DNA of 64,000 nucleotides, taken from positions 124,001-188,000 of the IMG/VR virus record IMGVR_UViG_3300034072_000758; one strand, given 5' to 3'. The position numbers and the translations under genes were made by a program. The notes below the pieces were generated by a model, which worked only from the letters and a program-made list of their open reading frames with translations, was not told the origin of the DNA and did no database searches. Positions within the stretch are counted from its first letter, which is position 1; the number at the start of each line of letters is the position of its first letter. Shown one piece after another: positions 38,072-47,719 of this stretch.

Positions 38072-38843
38072 CGATACCACCGACAAATTCTGGAAGCTGT
38101 ACGGCGATGATCTATGCGAGCAATTGAGTGAACAATCCTGCGATCCAGACAATAAGATGTATGACCATATCGGGGTCATCAATTATGATCGCATCAACAT
38201 GCTCAATATCCGAATGTTTGTTGAAGTGACCTTGGAAGGTCAGGAGCCGTTTTGCGTGGAATACGAAAGCGGTAACAACAACGGCTTCGCCATCCATAAA
38301 TTTGGCCCAAATATCCAGTTCGAAGAATACGAACCAGATGTTCGTTACTTCGCGCCGACGCATATTGACACCTATGTTCGAAATCTAACGTATATCCGCG
38401 AGCAAGAGCGGAAGATGAACTACGATTTTCACTTCGACCCCTCATCGAGGATTTTTAAATATTATAATGATTGGGCCAGCAACAATGCTTGCGCCATATC
38501 AACACGCGAACCCTATAAGATTCTGAAATACGAACATGCTCAAAAAATGGTCCTGACCGTCATGGATCATAAAGACGATGGTGTGAAACTATCCAAGTTT
38601 ACTCAAGCCTACAGATTGTTTCACCAAATCGCCGAAGCGGCTACTTGGACTTTGTATTGGCAACACTGTCCTACCGAAATCGAACGCTATGACGAATATA
38701 TTCCCTCGGCGGGGCATCTATCGCCACCACGCTATCGTATCGAGTACCGATTTGGCGATAACAAAGGGACGGCTGTGTATCTTCGCGGAAACGTGGCTGA
38801 CTTTGAAGACTATGCGATGCGGGCTATACTAATGTCAAAATAA
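38064..38843 (+). CDS. C-terminal-motif protein (G-N/D subfamily), two-domain
   Basis: Ends YLRGNVADFEDYAMRAILMSK*. Confidence 0.7.
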   Translation: MYDDTTDKFWKLYGDDLCEQLSEQSCDPDNKMYDHIGVINYDRINMLNIRMFVEVTLEGQEPFCVEYESGNNNGFAIHKFGPNIQFEEYEPDVRYFAPTHIDTYVRNLTYIREQERKMNYDFHFDPSSRIFKYYNDWASNNACAISTREPYKILKYEHAQKMVLTVMDHKDDGVKLSKFTQAYRLFHQIAEAATWTLYWQHCPTEIERYDEYIPSAGHLSPPRYRIEYRFGDNKGTAVYLRGNVADFEDYAMRAILMSK

Positions 38844-39210
38844 GGGTGGATAGATCGCATTCCATTTGTTCGCGGTCACCCTTGTATCTGCGTGTGCCCC
38901 AATCCAATTCCCAACCGAGGCCCTTCATAGCCAGAACAAAAATCTGACTAGCTGTCCCGTTGAAGAAACAGACGTTGAGTGTGATGCTCATGGTTATACC
39001 ACTGATTTCAAATGGTATAAAAATCTTGCGGCGGGACGACCCCATCTTAAGCCCGGTATCTCTTGACATCCGAGCGAAATTCACATGCTCCTGATCAGCA
39101 AGTCCACGCACCGAAGTTTCTATGCTTTTGATCTTTACCAGATTATCCCATTCTAACGCTTTGGTCAGTGTCTTAGGATCATTCGGATAGGGTTTGCTGA
39201 ACCACATCAT
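38824..39210 (-). CDS. C-terminal-motif protein (G-N/D subfamily)
   Basis: Ends RYKGDREQMECDLSTLILTLV*. Confidence 0.7.
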   Translation of the reverse strand: MMWFSKPYPNDPKTLTKALEWDNLVKIKSIETSVRGLADQEHVNFARMSRDTGLKMGSSRRKIFIPFEISGITMSITLNVCFFNGTASQIFVLAMKGLGWELDWGTRRYKGDREQMECDLSTLILTLV

Positions 39211-39641
39211 ACTGTCACTTCCGATAGCAGCAAGACAATCGTTGTGACATCTTCTTCAAAACGAGCCGCGTTACCTTTGAACTGGTACTTGCTTCGTTTT
39301 CCGATATTCACCCCGGCGGTATTGTGCTTCAATATCCATTCGGGAGAAATAACAGAGTCGATTACAAAATCACGACGCAAATCACCGCCAAAAAAAGTGT
39401 GTAGCGCTTCCACCGCGATCTTCACAGAACTAAACTCAAGCTGATGCTTGTGAAGAAGGGTGAATTTATTTTGTGCGAACTCAGGCACGTGACCCAAATA
39501 CTGAATCTCGATTACTTCCTTCATTTTGCGTATACTATCCTGCATTTGTGCGGATTCACGCAAAAGCCTCAGCGCCTTTTCGACAACCGTAGCATCATGA
39601 ACCGTCTTGAAAGGAAGAAGGGGTAAGAATAGGGTTTTCAT
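39207..39641 (-). CDS. C-terminal-motif protein (G-N/D subfamily)
   Basis: Ends QFKGNAARFEEDVTTIVLLLSEVTV*. Confidence 0.7.
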   Translation of the reverse strand: MKTLFLPLLPFKTVHDATVVEKALRLLRESAQMQDSIRKMKEVIEIQYLGHVPEFAQNKFTLLHKHQLEFSSVKIAVEALHTFFGGDLRRDFVIDSVISPEWILKHNTAGVNIGKRSKYQFKGNAARFEEDVTTIVLLLSEVTV

Positions 39642-39738
39642 TTGACTATAATACGCAATGAAAATAAATTACGCAATATATCTTTACATTTTACGATTTG
39701 ATGATATGGTGTAAACATATCAACATCGGGAGACAAAT

Positions 39739-39987
39739 ATGTACACTCTCGCGCAATTAGCTCTCTTTGATCGCTGTCTGTTTCCAGATGACTTTTACAA
39801 CGCTTTGCTTAAGCATGGTTGCCAACCCACCCTTGCTATGTTCATTCGTTCGTGGTTGATCGAAGGAAAAGGGAAGCGTGGTATCGTGTCTGTATATCAA
39901 GAGTGGGTAGAAACATCCTCTGATGGGCGTCCTCTCGCAGCTACTATAGACGCCATCCTACAAGAATTTTTCGAGGGGAAAAACTGA
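39739..39987 (+). CDS. Hypothetical protein
   Basis: GGAG SD; 82 aa. Confidence 0.6.
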   Translation: MYTLAQLALFDRCLFPDDFYNALLKHGCQPTLAMFIRSWLIEGKGKRGIVSVYQEWVETSSDGRPLAATIDAILQEFFEGKN

Positions 39988-40181
39988 TGCTCGATCTCAT
40001 TATTCACGAATGGCGGTTGTTCGTCACTTGTGCGGTTCAGGCCAGCGCAGTTTACATCGTCATTCGCATCAATCTTCCAGCAAGTGATGGTGAGCGTTTC
40101 CCCGGTGGGCGTAGGGCCATGCTGTCGGCGTTCATTCTGTTTCTAGTCTTCTTCTTGTGCGGAGTATCCCATGTTGCCTGA
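39987..40181 (+). CDS. Small membrane protein
   Basis: Two TM segments; coupled. Confidence 0.6.
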   Translation: MLDLIIHEWRLFVTCAVQASAVYIVIRINLPASDGERFPGGRRAMLSAFILFLVFFLCGVSHVA

Positions 40182-40488
40182 TTACGCTACAATCGGTCCT
40201 TGGGCGATGGTGTCCTCCATATCACTTCTGGTCTATTTCTCAGTCGTCACGTTCATGATGATCTTCAACATGGTGCGGCGCGAGAAGGCATCCGTTCTGG
40301 TGGCAATCTTCCTGTCTACCGGTGCTGCTATCGGCATCTTCGCTTTCGTTCATATCGTTTTTATGATCGTTCACTTTGGTAAGCTTACCCCTATTTTCAC
40401 GGCGGCTGTCTGGATTTGCCAAATCGTCGTGTTGACAAAATATCGCTCGGCGTTCTTCGCCATATTCGGAAAGGATGTACACCAATGA
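40171..40488 (+). CDS. Small membrane protein
   Basis: Three TM segments. Confidence 0.65.
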   Translation: MLPDYATIGPWAMVSSISLLVYFSVVTFMMIFNMVRREKASVLVAIFLSTGAAIGIFAFVHIVFMIVHFGKLTPIFTAAVWICQIVVLTKYRSAFFAIFGKDVHQ

Positions 40489-40775
40489 TCGACATTACTC
40501 CCTTGGAAACCTACATTTTCGGTATGGTGGGTTTCGCTTCGTTCGTCATCGCCTTCGCGTCATCACTGATCATGTTTAAAAATCATGTCCCCGATTTCCC
40601 GTTCATGCTGTCGGGGCTGATTTCGATGGTACTTGCTACGCTTACCCTCATTTTCGTTATGTTTGTCGTGGGTGCGCTATTCATCACCGGTCTTTCCAAA
40701 CTGGCCTTCATCGGGTTCGTGGTATCCCTCGCGGTCGGTGCGGGTATCTGGTGGAATATGAAGGTATCCCAATGA
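40485..40775 (+). CDS. Small membrane protein
   Basis: Three TM segments; ATGA-coupled. Confidence 0.65.
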   Translation: MIDITPLETYIFGMVGFASFVIAFASSLIMFKNHVPDFPFMLSGLISMVLATLTLIFVMFVVGALFITGLSKLAFIGFVVSLAVGAGIWWNMKVSQ

Positions 40776-41077
40776 TCGAATCCATCCTCAACGGCCTTCT
40801 GTGGTACTATGCTGCGCTGTCGGCTCTGGCCACCCCGATCCTGCTGTCGATCATCGCCGGGGCGAACTACGCCGTATCGCTGAACCATCTGTTCACACAC
40901 GCCAAACCACCGATGGCAGATCGTAACCTCAACGAATGGCCGCTGGTCGCCGGTCAAGCGTTTTTGGCAATGATCATCCTGACCATCGTTATCATCGCGT
41001 GTGCGGTCCTCCTACCCTTCATCGCTGTCGCATACGCTATGTATTTCCCGTTTTCTCTCGTTTTTAAGAAGACGTAA
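40772..41077 (+). CDS. Small membrane protein
   Basis: Hydrophobic; ATGA-coupled. Confidence 0.65.
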   Translation: MIESILNGLLWYYAALSALATPILLSIIAGANYAVSLNHLFTHAKPPMADRNLNEWPLVAGQAFLAMIILTIVIIACAVLLPFIAVAYAMYFPFSLVFKKT

Positions 41078-41361
41078 TGTTCGAATTATTCGAAAAATAT
41101 GTCGAGTGGGCTAGGTCTTTCGAGGTAGTAAAACCCGCAAGTTTAGTCGTCTTGGTGATCACGGGGTTCCTTATCGTCCCCATGCGTAATTTACTCATTA
41201 ATGAAATGAGTGATATGGTCATCATGAGTTGGATACTGGCTTTCCTTATTGGTATAGCAGCATTCCTTACTGGAATGCTGATCTTCTTGTTCCTTCCCTT
41301 CGCAATGGTAATCATGGTGGGTATTTCTATCTTTTATGCGGTGTGGCGATGGAAACCATGA
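41077..41361 (+). CDS. Small membrane protein
   Basis: Three TM segments; resembles 41358-41672. Confidence 0.65.
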   Translation: MFELFEKYVEWARSFEVVKPASLVVLVITGFLIVPMRNLLINEMSDMVIMSWILAFLIGIAAFLTGMLIFLFLPFAMVIMVGISIFYAVWRWKP

Positions 41362-41672
41362 ATATTTTTATTGCGTGGGATAAAATATACAACAGCATCC
41401 CGATAGAATATGTTATCGCCCCTTCTGTTTTGATTGCTGCGATAACAGCCCCCATCGTGTTTCTTCGGGTAAAAGAAGAAAATGATGATTTTTCTATGAT
41501 CATGGTGTCATGTTTAATGACTGCGGCGAGCGCGTTCTGCACTGTTGTGGTTTTGGCTGGCGTTGTTAAATTCTTGCCATATACCATTTGTGTAATCGTG
41601 GGTCTTTCCATTTTCGCAGTGTTCTGGCGAGCTTATGGAAAGAAGTTCCTAGCTTTTTTCGGCATTAACTGA
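41358..41672 (+). CDS. Small membrane protein
   Basis: Three TM segments; ATGA-coupled. Confidence 0.65.
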   Translation: MNIFIAWDKIYNSIPIEYVIAPSVLIAAITAPIVFLRVKEENDDFSMIMVSCLMTAASAFCTVVVLAGVVKFLPYTICVIVGLSIFAVFWRAYGKKFLAFFGIN

Positions 41673-41719
41673 CAACAAAATAATTGTGCGCTTGATCAAC
41701 TTTGTGCTAAGTTGTCACC

Positions 41720-42754
41720 ATGCGTATGAATGACCTGATCTTCTGTAATGATGGCGTACTGAGAGTACGATACAACGATGAACTCCCGTTGGTCGATCTC
41801 AAGTCTTTTCAAGACCTCAGTGGCGATGATGACCTGAACTTCATCACCGGCTGGTGGGAAGAAAATGTCGTCTTCGAAGAAGGTCTGACCATCGCCAAGT
41901 TTCTCATGTGCCTTGAGCCTTGGGCGAAGCTGTGGTCAATCATAACCAAGAAAGACATTGCTGCTTATATCAAAGAAAGCCGCAAGCCCACCATCGTCAA
42001 AGAGACTGATAAAAAATGGTACGCGGTGATCGGCTACTTCACTGATGTCGAGCCAGAGCTTCAACACAGCACCTCAGCGTCGGACTTCACTTCGTTTGAA
42101 GATTTCTTGAATAATCGTACCCCACCGACACTCAAGCCAAAATGGAATTTCCACGGCCACTATAAACTAAATGGCCATGTTCAGGGTGAGGTTGAACACT
42201 ATTCCTTGGACTATTCGCCTATGAACGAAATGGCGAACTATCCATTGTATCTTTCGCCAAATCATATGGTCAACGTCTCCAAGTTCTACGTCGAAAAGTA
42301 CGGCGATGCTGAGACGGTCGATCTGTTCAATTATGATGGGTTGGGTATGCGTTCGGTAACACATGAGGACCGCACACACCACTACATCATTGGCGATAAG
42401 AGCCACAATCTGCGTGATGTGGTTGAAGCCTTCTTTTGGTGGCTCCCACACAGCCCAACCAGCCGTGATGCGTTCAACGCCAAGCTCAAGGAAGATTTGG
42501 ATCGTCTGGACATCGACGTGTCTAAAGTGGTTGAGAAAACGGTTGATGACGAGACCGAAATCAAGATTGTTGTGGCCGATGGTGCCTTTGATGGTCTCAC
42601 GTCGCAATGGGAGGCTGAGAAGAAGTATTTCTTAGACGGTCTGGAACAAGCTAAGAAAGCCAAGATTTGTAAGCTTCGGGTGGGCGGTGCGAAAGAAGGT
42701 AAGGTGCCAGAAAAGCGCGTCTCCTTGTGGCTCGTAGATGACGAGGACTTGTAA
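41720..42754 (+). CDS. Hypothetical protein (acidic, 344 aa)
   Basis: Long ORF with no recognised motif. Confidence 0.75.
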   Translation: MRMNDLIFCNDGVLRVRYNDELPLVDLKSFQDLSGDDDLNFITGWWEENVVFEEGLTIAKFLMCLEPWAKLWSIITKKDIAAYIKESRKPTIVKETDKKWYAVIGYFTDVEPELQHSTSASDFTSFEDFLNNRTPPTLKPKWNFHGHYKLNGHVQGEVEHYSLDYSPMNEMANYPLYLSPNHMVNVSKFYVEKYGDAETVDLFNYDGLGMRSVTHEDRTHHYIIGDKSHNLRDVVEAFFWWLPHSPTSRDAFNAKLKEDLDRLDIDVSKVVEKTVDDETEIKIVVADGAFDGLTSQWEAEKKYFLDGLEQAKKAKICKLRVGGAKEGKVPEKRVSLWLVDDEDL

Positions 42755-43113
42755 TGTTGGATGTTGTTAGCTTCTATCTGACCCTCTATATTGGCGCGGC
42801 TTTAACTGGCTGGCTGTTTTGGATTTGGGTCGTCGTTACGGCAATTGGTCTGTATGTCGCATTTGTCAACGAAAACCTCTATGAGTTCAGACAAGCGTGT
42901 TCAATTGGTTGGTGGAGCCTCGTTGCTATACTAGCAGTGCCGATTGTCGTGCCACTCGTCATCATCGTTGGTCTAGGCTACAGTCTGTTGGCTTATATAG
43001 ATCATGTTTATGTTCGCAAGACCACCACCCACAAAAAGATCGGTGAAACGATAAAGGCATACTTTGCTCAGATCGATGCCGAAGTCGAACAGAATAATAA
43101 GAATAAAAAATGA
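42754..43113 (+). CDS. Membrane protein
   Basis: Two TM segments; coupled. Confidence 0.65.
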   Translation: MLDVVSFYLTLYIGAALTGWLFWIWVVVTAIGLYVAFVNENLYEFRQACSIGWWSLVAILAVPIVVPLVIIVGLGYSLLAYIDHVYVRKTTTHKKIGETIKAYFAQIDAEVEQNNKNKK

Positions 43114-43397
43114 TTTTTGACAAAACTCTTGTATATACGTTGTATATGCGCGCTACCGTTGAAGTCGAAGGCCCTCCCGAAATAAAAGTTTTGAATGTGA
43201 ATGATACACTTGTTCGGTTCGAAACTTGGGGCAAGCATGATTGGCATCGAACAATGTCTATCTATACCGATGACTTTAAGATAGACTACGACTTCCAAAG
43301 TATTAACAACTGGAATATGCTGAGACAATTTCCACCCAAGGTCTATAATCAGGAACAAGCTGAAACGACATGGATGTTGATGAAAATACTCGCCTAG
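43110..43397 (+). CDS. C-terminal-motif protein
   Basis: Ends QEQAETTWMLMKILA*. Confidence 0.65.
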   Translation: MIFDKTLVYTLYMRATVEVEGPPEIKVLNVNDTLVRFETWGKHDWHRTMSIYTDDFKIDYDFQSINNWNMLRQFPPKVYNQEQAETTWMLMKILA

Positions 43398-43753
43398 ACT
43401 TCGTTCGTCTTTACAACAAATGTAAAGATAAAAAGAGTCGTACCACGATGGCGGTAGGTGATCATATTCTGCGCTTTCATGTTGTCGGCCAAGAAAATGC
43501 CACGGTCGTAAAGTTTCGAGTCAGCGTTTCAAAATTATTCTCTTATGAGTTCCGCGCTCAACTTACCTGTATGGTGAAGAACGAGCAATCTCTTAAGGGA
43601 ACGCCTTTCATTAAGCTCTATTACTATAGTGGTTACTTTCATTACCGCGTAATGCATTCTGTGCTATCGAGCACTTTTACATCATCAAAGTCTTTCGTAA
43701 AAGATGATCTTGAATCCATTATCGCTATGGCCAAAATTCAGCATATGTGCTAA
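43370..43753 (+). CDS. C-terminal-motif protein
   Basis: Ends KDDLESIIAMAKIQHMC*. Confidence 0.6.
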   Translation: MDVDENTRLDFVRLYNKCKDKKSRTTMAVGDHILRFHVVGQENATVVKFRVSVSKLFSYEFRAQLTCMVKNEQSLKGTPFIKLYYYSGYFHYRVMHSVLSSTFTSSKSFVKDDLESIIAMAKIQHMC

Positions 43754-43762
43754 CGATTGATT

Positions 43763-44308
43763 ATGGAATTTTTGACTTCGCCCTTGTTTACTATGTTAGT
43801 GACCTGCGGGTTCATCTTTCTCGTGGTATTCGGCTCACAGTTGAAACAAATTCTGCGGGATTATCATCCCCGGTATAAAGACTATCTTTTTGACCGGGCC
43901 AAGCATATGAAAGCCACCACAAAACCCGCTCAGTATCCTTTGCCGGGGGTGTATCCTCTTGCTGCGGTCCCACTTGAACTAAGTATCACGTATCCATCGT
44001 TCAGTAAATGGCTACGCATGGAGCATATCAGCGAGCCAATGAACCTCGATTTTACTAATACTATCGGCGGTCAAGTGGATGCGGACTATGTGTTTACTTA
44101 CTACTTCAACAAGTCGAACATAATAGTCATGTACCGTGACCTAGAGCGTTATCTACAGTTCAAGACCGAAAAGTGGAATTGCAATCTCAGCTATATGCTC
44201 ATTGAGAAGCCAAGCAAGAAGACTTACCTGATCGATGGAAAATATTTCGTTCAAGGCGATCTGGCTCAATTCGAAGAAGATATGATGTCTCTAAGGTTAT
44301 TGAACTGA
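43763..44308 (+). CDS. Membrane-anchored C-terminal-motif protein (G-N/D subfamily)
   Basis: N-terminal TM; ends YFVQGDLAQFEEDMMSLRLLN*. Confidence 0.72.
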   Translation: MEFLTSPLFTMLVTCGFIFLVVFGSQLKQILRDYHPRYKDYLFDRAKHMKATTKPAQYPLPGVYPLAAVPLELSITYPSFSKWLRMEHISEPMNLDFTNTIGGQVDADYVFTYYFNKSNIIVMYRDLERYLQFKTEKWNCNLSYMLIEKPSKKTYLIDGKYFVQGDLAQFEEDMMSLRLLN

Positions 44309-44769
44309 TGGAACTCAATCTTCGCCAATTGACAATTATTATGAATAAGATCGCGGACAATGCCATTGATATTAGGGAAAGTGGCGGAAGCAACAGTCCA
44401 AACTTTTCCGGTAAAGATTACGCCAATCGCGCATTGTCTCGATTTAAATTTATTATCACTGGTGATATAAAGGCTGGGATTTGTTACAATCTTCGTGCCG
44501 GGAATTGGGATTGCTCGGCTCCACCTTTCCATGTAGTACATACAAACTGGTTGGTCATTTTGATCCACCATCCTAAATTCAGACTCCGATACAAAGTGGA
44601 TATGCCAGAGTTTAACAGAAACAAGTTAAATGGTCCTTTTGCTATGAAAATTAAAGACCATTATGCCACCGCCGAATGTTATTGTGAGGGGACCATTGTT
44701 GGTTACCGCCTCACCCCATTAGCTTCGATTGAAGAAGTCGAAGAAGAGTTAGTAAAGCTTCTCCTATGA
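44308..44769 (+). CDS. C-terminal-motif protein
   Basis: Ends SIEEVEEELVKLLL*. Confidence 0.7.
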   Translation: MELNLRQLTIIMNKIADNAIDIRESGGSNSPNFSGKDYANRALSRFKFIITGDIKAGICYNLRAGNWDCSAPPFHVVHTNWLVILIHHPKFRLRYKVDMPEFNRNKLNGPFAMKIKDHYATAECYCEGTIVGYRLTPLASIEEVEEELVKLLL

Positions 44770-45347
44770 TCGATCCATACGACATCACCAATTTCAATCG
44801 TACCAACGCGGAACTCGAAGAGTTCTGGCTGTTCTCGATCTGCGTAGCCGGAAAAGGCGCGGATCAGCAACGTATCAAGCTGGACGCCTTTCTGAGCGAG
44901 GTTACTGGTGATCTGTCGCCGTTCCAGAAGATCGAAGCCATGATCAAGGCCGGAACCTTCGAAGATAACCTCCGTAAGCACAAGCTGGGGCAATACAGCC
45001 GCATTGCCCGCGCCTTTACCGAGAGCTTGCCCTTGAACCTCTACGTAGCCTCTCTGGACGATCTGGAAGGCATATTCGGCGTGAGCTTCAAGACCTCCCG
45101 GTTCTTCCTGATGCATTCCCGTCCGAACCTCAAGGTAGCAGCGTTGGACACGCATATCCTCAAATACCTAAACGACAATGGTATCGAGGCTCCAAAGAAC
45201 ACGCCATCCAGCCCCAAGCTGTACCGGGCGCTGGAAGAACAATTCATTCGATTGGCAGAAAGCGTTCCAAACCGGACTATCGCCGAAATCGATCTGATGA
45301 TATGGTCGCACTACGCTTCTAAACAAGAAGGGTCGGTGGTCCTGTGA
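44766..45347 (+). CDS. HhH-GPD superfamily DNA glycosylase/AP lyase (OGG-like)
   Basis: LEGIFGVSFKTSRFFL (HhH with Lys) and AALDTHILKYL (catalytic Asp). Confidence 0.75.
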   Translation: MIDPYDITNFNRTNAELEEFWLFSICVAGKGADQQRIKLDAFLSEVTGDLSPFQKIEAMIKAGTFEDNLRKHKLGQYSRIARAFTESLPLNLYVASLDDLEGIFGVSFKTSRFFLMHSRPNLKVAALDTHILKYLNDNGIEAPKNTPSSPKLYRALEEQFIRLAESVPNRTIAEIDLMIWSHYASKQEGSVVL

Positions 45348-45793
45348 CCTTTTCAATACAGCATTCTCTCGATTACCAACGAGTAAACACCGCTCGTAAA
45401 GTAATGGATATTGTTCGCCCTAAGCCGTTCTCGGATCATGTCATCACCGATGAAAAATTGATCAAAGCGATCAATGCTCGTCTGTGGGAAATTCTTGATA
45501 ATAATTGCGTAGGAAACTGTTCAGAAAGTCTACACGAATATGTCGTGTGGAAAGACGAACCCATGAGCGAAACAATTAAAATCGCTATCGCCAAATTCGC
45601 AATTAACGAATACGATAAATCCAACATAATCGTCTATGCTAAGGGTAGCGGATTTGAATATTACGTGAATAGAATGTTTGTCACTGATAGATTTGTTGAT
45701 CGACGGGCTTTGAACATCACTCATGCGGAAGTTTATTTTGTAAGCTCCGAAGGCGAAGAAAATTTTACAAAGTTTGTCCTGTGCCTAAACTAA
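45344..45793 (+). CDS. C-terminal-motif protein
   Basis: Ends EGEENFTKFVLCLN*. Confidence 0.65.
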   Translation: MTFSIQHSLDYQRVNTARKVMDIVRPKPFSDHVITDEKLIKAINARLWEILDNNCVGNCSESLHEYVVWKDEPMSETIKIAIAKFAINEYDKSNIIVYAKGSGFEYYVNRMFVTDRFVDRRALNITHAEVYFVSSEGEENFTKFVLCLN

Positions 45794-46143
45794 TCTACGA
45801 GTCTACCCCTGAGCTTACTTCCGTCCTAGAAGACATTGTTTTCTGGGTGACAATGGCTAACACGATGGGTGTGTGGATTCAACGCGATAATTTCTATGCC
45901 AAGAAGCGAGGCATCAAGCTTAAGTTCGATACACGCGATTGGAAACTCAGCGTGTCATCCGCGCGCTTTCATTTGGTCTTACCCTTCGCCGTCTATAACA
46001 AAGCTGATCAGAAATACTATTTACATAATAGCGGCATCTTCATCTTGCCGAATGATCGAGTCAATGCTAAAACCGTATGTCGTCTTTATCTTCCCCCGGA
46101 AGAGATCGAGGAATTTCTTCTGACTGCCAAGCTGACCATATGA
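45781..46143 (+). CDS. C-terminal-motif protein (DxxFW subfamily)
   Basis: EDIVFW; ends PEEIEEFLLTAKLTI*. Confidence 0.7.
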   Translation: MPKLIYESTPELTSVLEDIVFWVTMANTMGVWIQRDNFYAKKRGIKLKFDTRDWKLSVSSARFHLVLPFAVYNKADQKYYLHNSGIFILPNDRVNAKTVCRLYLPPEEIEEFLLTAKLTI

Positions 46144-46508
46144 TCTCCGAACAACTGTTAATCAATTTAATCAATCCGAAAAACTGGCTAAAGATCGTAG
46201 CCAAGTTTGATCTCGTAATAACGAGCGATATATATTACCATTTGAAATTCGACGGCTTTGAAATGGCTATCGACACCAAGCCAAAAGAACTTTCATACAC
46301 CGACAAAATTACTGAGATTATGATTAAATCCAGTGATGTCAAAATAATGATCACCATCCCCTCTAAACGCAATTATGACGTTCTAGCTACGGAACCTTTT
46401 ATATTGTCTACCGATTGTGTTGAGTTCTATTCTATTCGTTTTCTGAACAATAAGCCCGATCTCACCAAGATAGAGGATGCACTATTCAATGCTATCCTCG
46501 GCACGTAG
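46140..46508 (+). CDS. C-terminal-motif protein
   Basis: Ends TKIEDALFNAILGT*. Confidence 0.65.
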   Translation: MISEQLLINLINPKNWLKIVAKFDLVITSDIYYHLKFDGFEMAIDTKPKELSYTDKITEIMIKSSDVKIMITIPSKRNYDVLATEPFILSTDCVEFYSIRFLNNKPDLTKIEDALFNAILGT

Positions 46509-46911
46509 TAATTTATTAAATAACTTCTCGCATTGGCGAGGATTCCTCAAATATGCCACGATTTCTGGTAGTGCCAGCCCGTATACTCTAATGGGATCGT
46601 TTTATGTCGGGGAACACCAAGGCGAAATCATCATTGATGGATACGAGCGCGCCACCGGAAAGCATTTGCGTAAAGTGATGGTCCGAATTAGCTTCAACCA
46701 CACGGTTTATACGCTCAATACGATTGGTGTAGTCCCTATGTCTATAGAGGCGTTTAACATTTATGAGCGTGAAGATCGTTTTTATAAACTACCTCTTTTG
46801 GATGTTAGAACCTATCTGTATGACCAAAGCATCCAATCCACCAAGTTCATAACCACGCTCTCGCAAGATGAACTGGACGAGTTAGAAATCTTATTGAAGT
46901 TACACACATGA
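46477..46911 (+). CDS. C-terminal-motif protein
   Basis: Ends SQDELDELEILLKLHT*. Confidence 0.65.
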   Translation: MHYSMLSSARSNLLNNFSHWRGFLKYATISGSASPYTLMGSFYVGEHQGEIIIDGYERATGKHLRKVMVRISFNHTVYTLNTIGVVPMSIEAFNIYEREDRFYKLPLLDVRTYLYDQSIQSTKFITTLSQDELDELEILLKLHT

Positions 46912-47243
46912 TCCCAGCTTTGATGAAAACGAACTTTTGGGCGAGCCTGTGGAAAAATGCCGCCGCCACAAGTCATCCCACCCAGAAGATAGTAAATACG
47001 CCTTACGGAGACGTTACGGTTCAGTTTTGTTACGGATCGGTGAGCGCGGTCCACGAAGCGTTCTCGTACCGTGGGCGGGTGCGTACAGCCGTTGATGATA
47101 GTGAACATGTTGAGGTGTTCTGGACAGAAACCGCTTCGAACAAATACGAGCCGGACATCTGGAATATGGCCTCAAAGATTTTTGACAAAGAGGTTGCCGA
47201 AAACGTGATCACCATCCTTGTTCTTAAATATGTCCCAGAGTAA
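46908..47243 (+). CDS. C-terminal-motif protein (DxxFW subfamily)
   Basis: KTNFW; ends KEVAENVITILVLKYVPE*. Confidence 0.68.
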   Translation: MIPALMKTNFWASLWKNAAATSHPTQKIVNTPYGDVTVQFCYGSVSAVHEAFSYRGRVRTAVDDSEHVEVFWTETASNKYEPDIWNMASKIFDKEVAENVITILVLKYVPE

Positions 47244-47679
47244 GCCGTCATATTATACCACTAAATTCTGGTCGGACGTTTTGATAGCGTCCGAGCAAAC
47301 GACCACGCCGTTTAATGGCAAACAACATCAATCCGTGGCAACGTATCTCGATCTTACCATCACGATCACTTTCCCCATCGTGACAAATAAAAGCCCGATC
47401 CCCATAATCCATTTTAGAGTTAAGAAGGCCGGAAAATACCTGATCAAATTCAAATTGACCCGTAAGCGTGATTTACCCAATCTTATACTGGATAGTCGTG
47501 GTAGGGTTCTTAAAAGCAAGAACCGCGTTACTACAACATTGTTACCGATTAAAAACAGCTTCATTCGCAAGCCGGTCGGTCTGACGGTCGAGGATTTCAA
47601 ATTTAAACTCTATAAAAAAATGACTTTTGAACAGTTTGAAGACGATTTGACCCTCCTTAAGCTATTGACCAGCCAGTGA
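47230..47679 (+). CDS. C-terminal-motif protein (DxxFW subfamily)
   Basis: TTKFW; ends TFEQFEDDLTLLKLLTSQ*. Confidence 0.7.
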   Translation: MSQSKPSYYTTKFWSDVLIASEQTTTPFNGKQHQSVATYLDLTITITFPIVTNKSPIPIIHFRVKKAGKYLIKFKLTRKRDLPNLILDSRGRVLKSKNRVTTTLLPIKNSFIRKPVGLTVEDFKFKLYKKMTFEQFEDDLTLLKLLTSQ

Positions 47680-47719
47680 TTTTGTATAAAGATTTAACAA
47701 ACGTTAATAAGAGGCCGCT

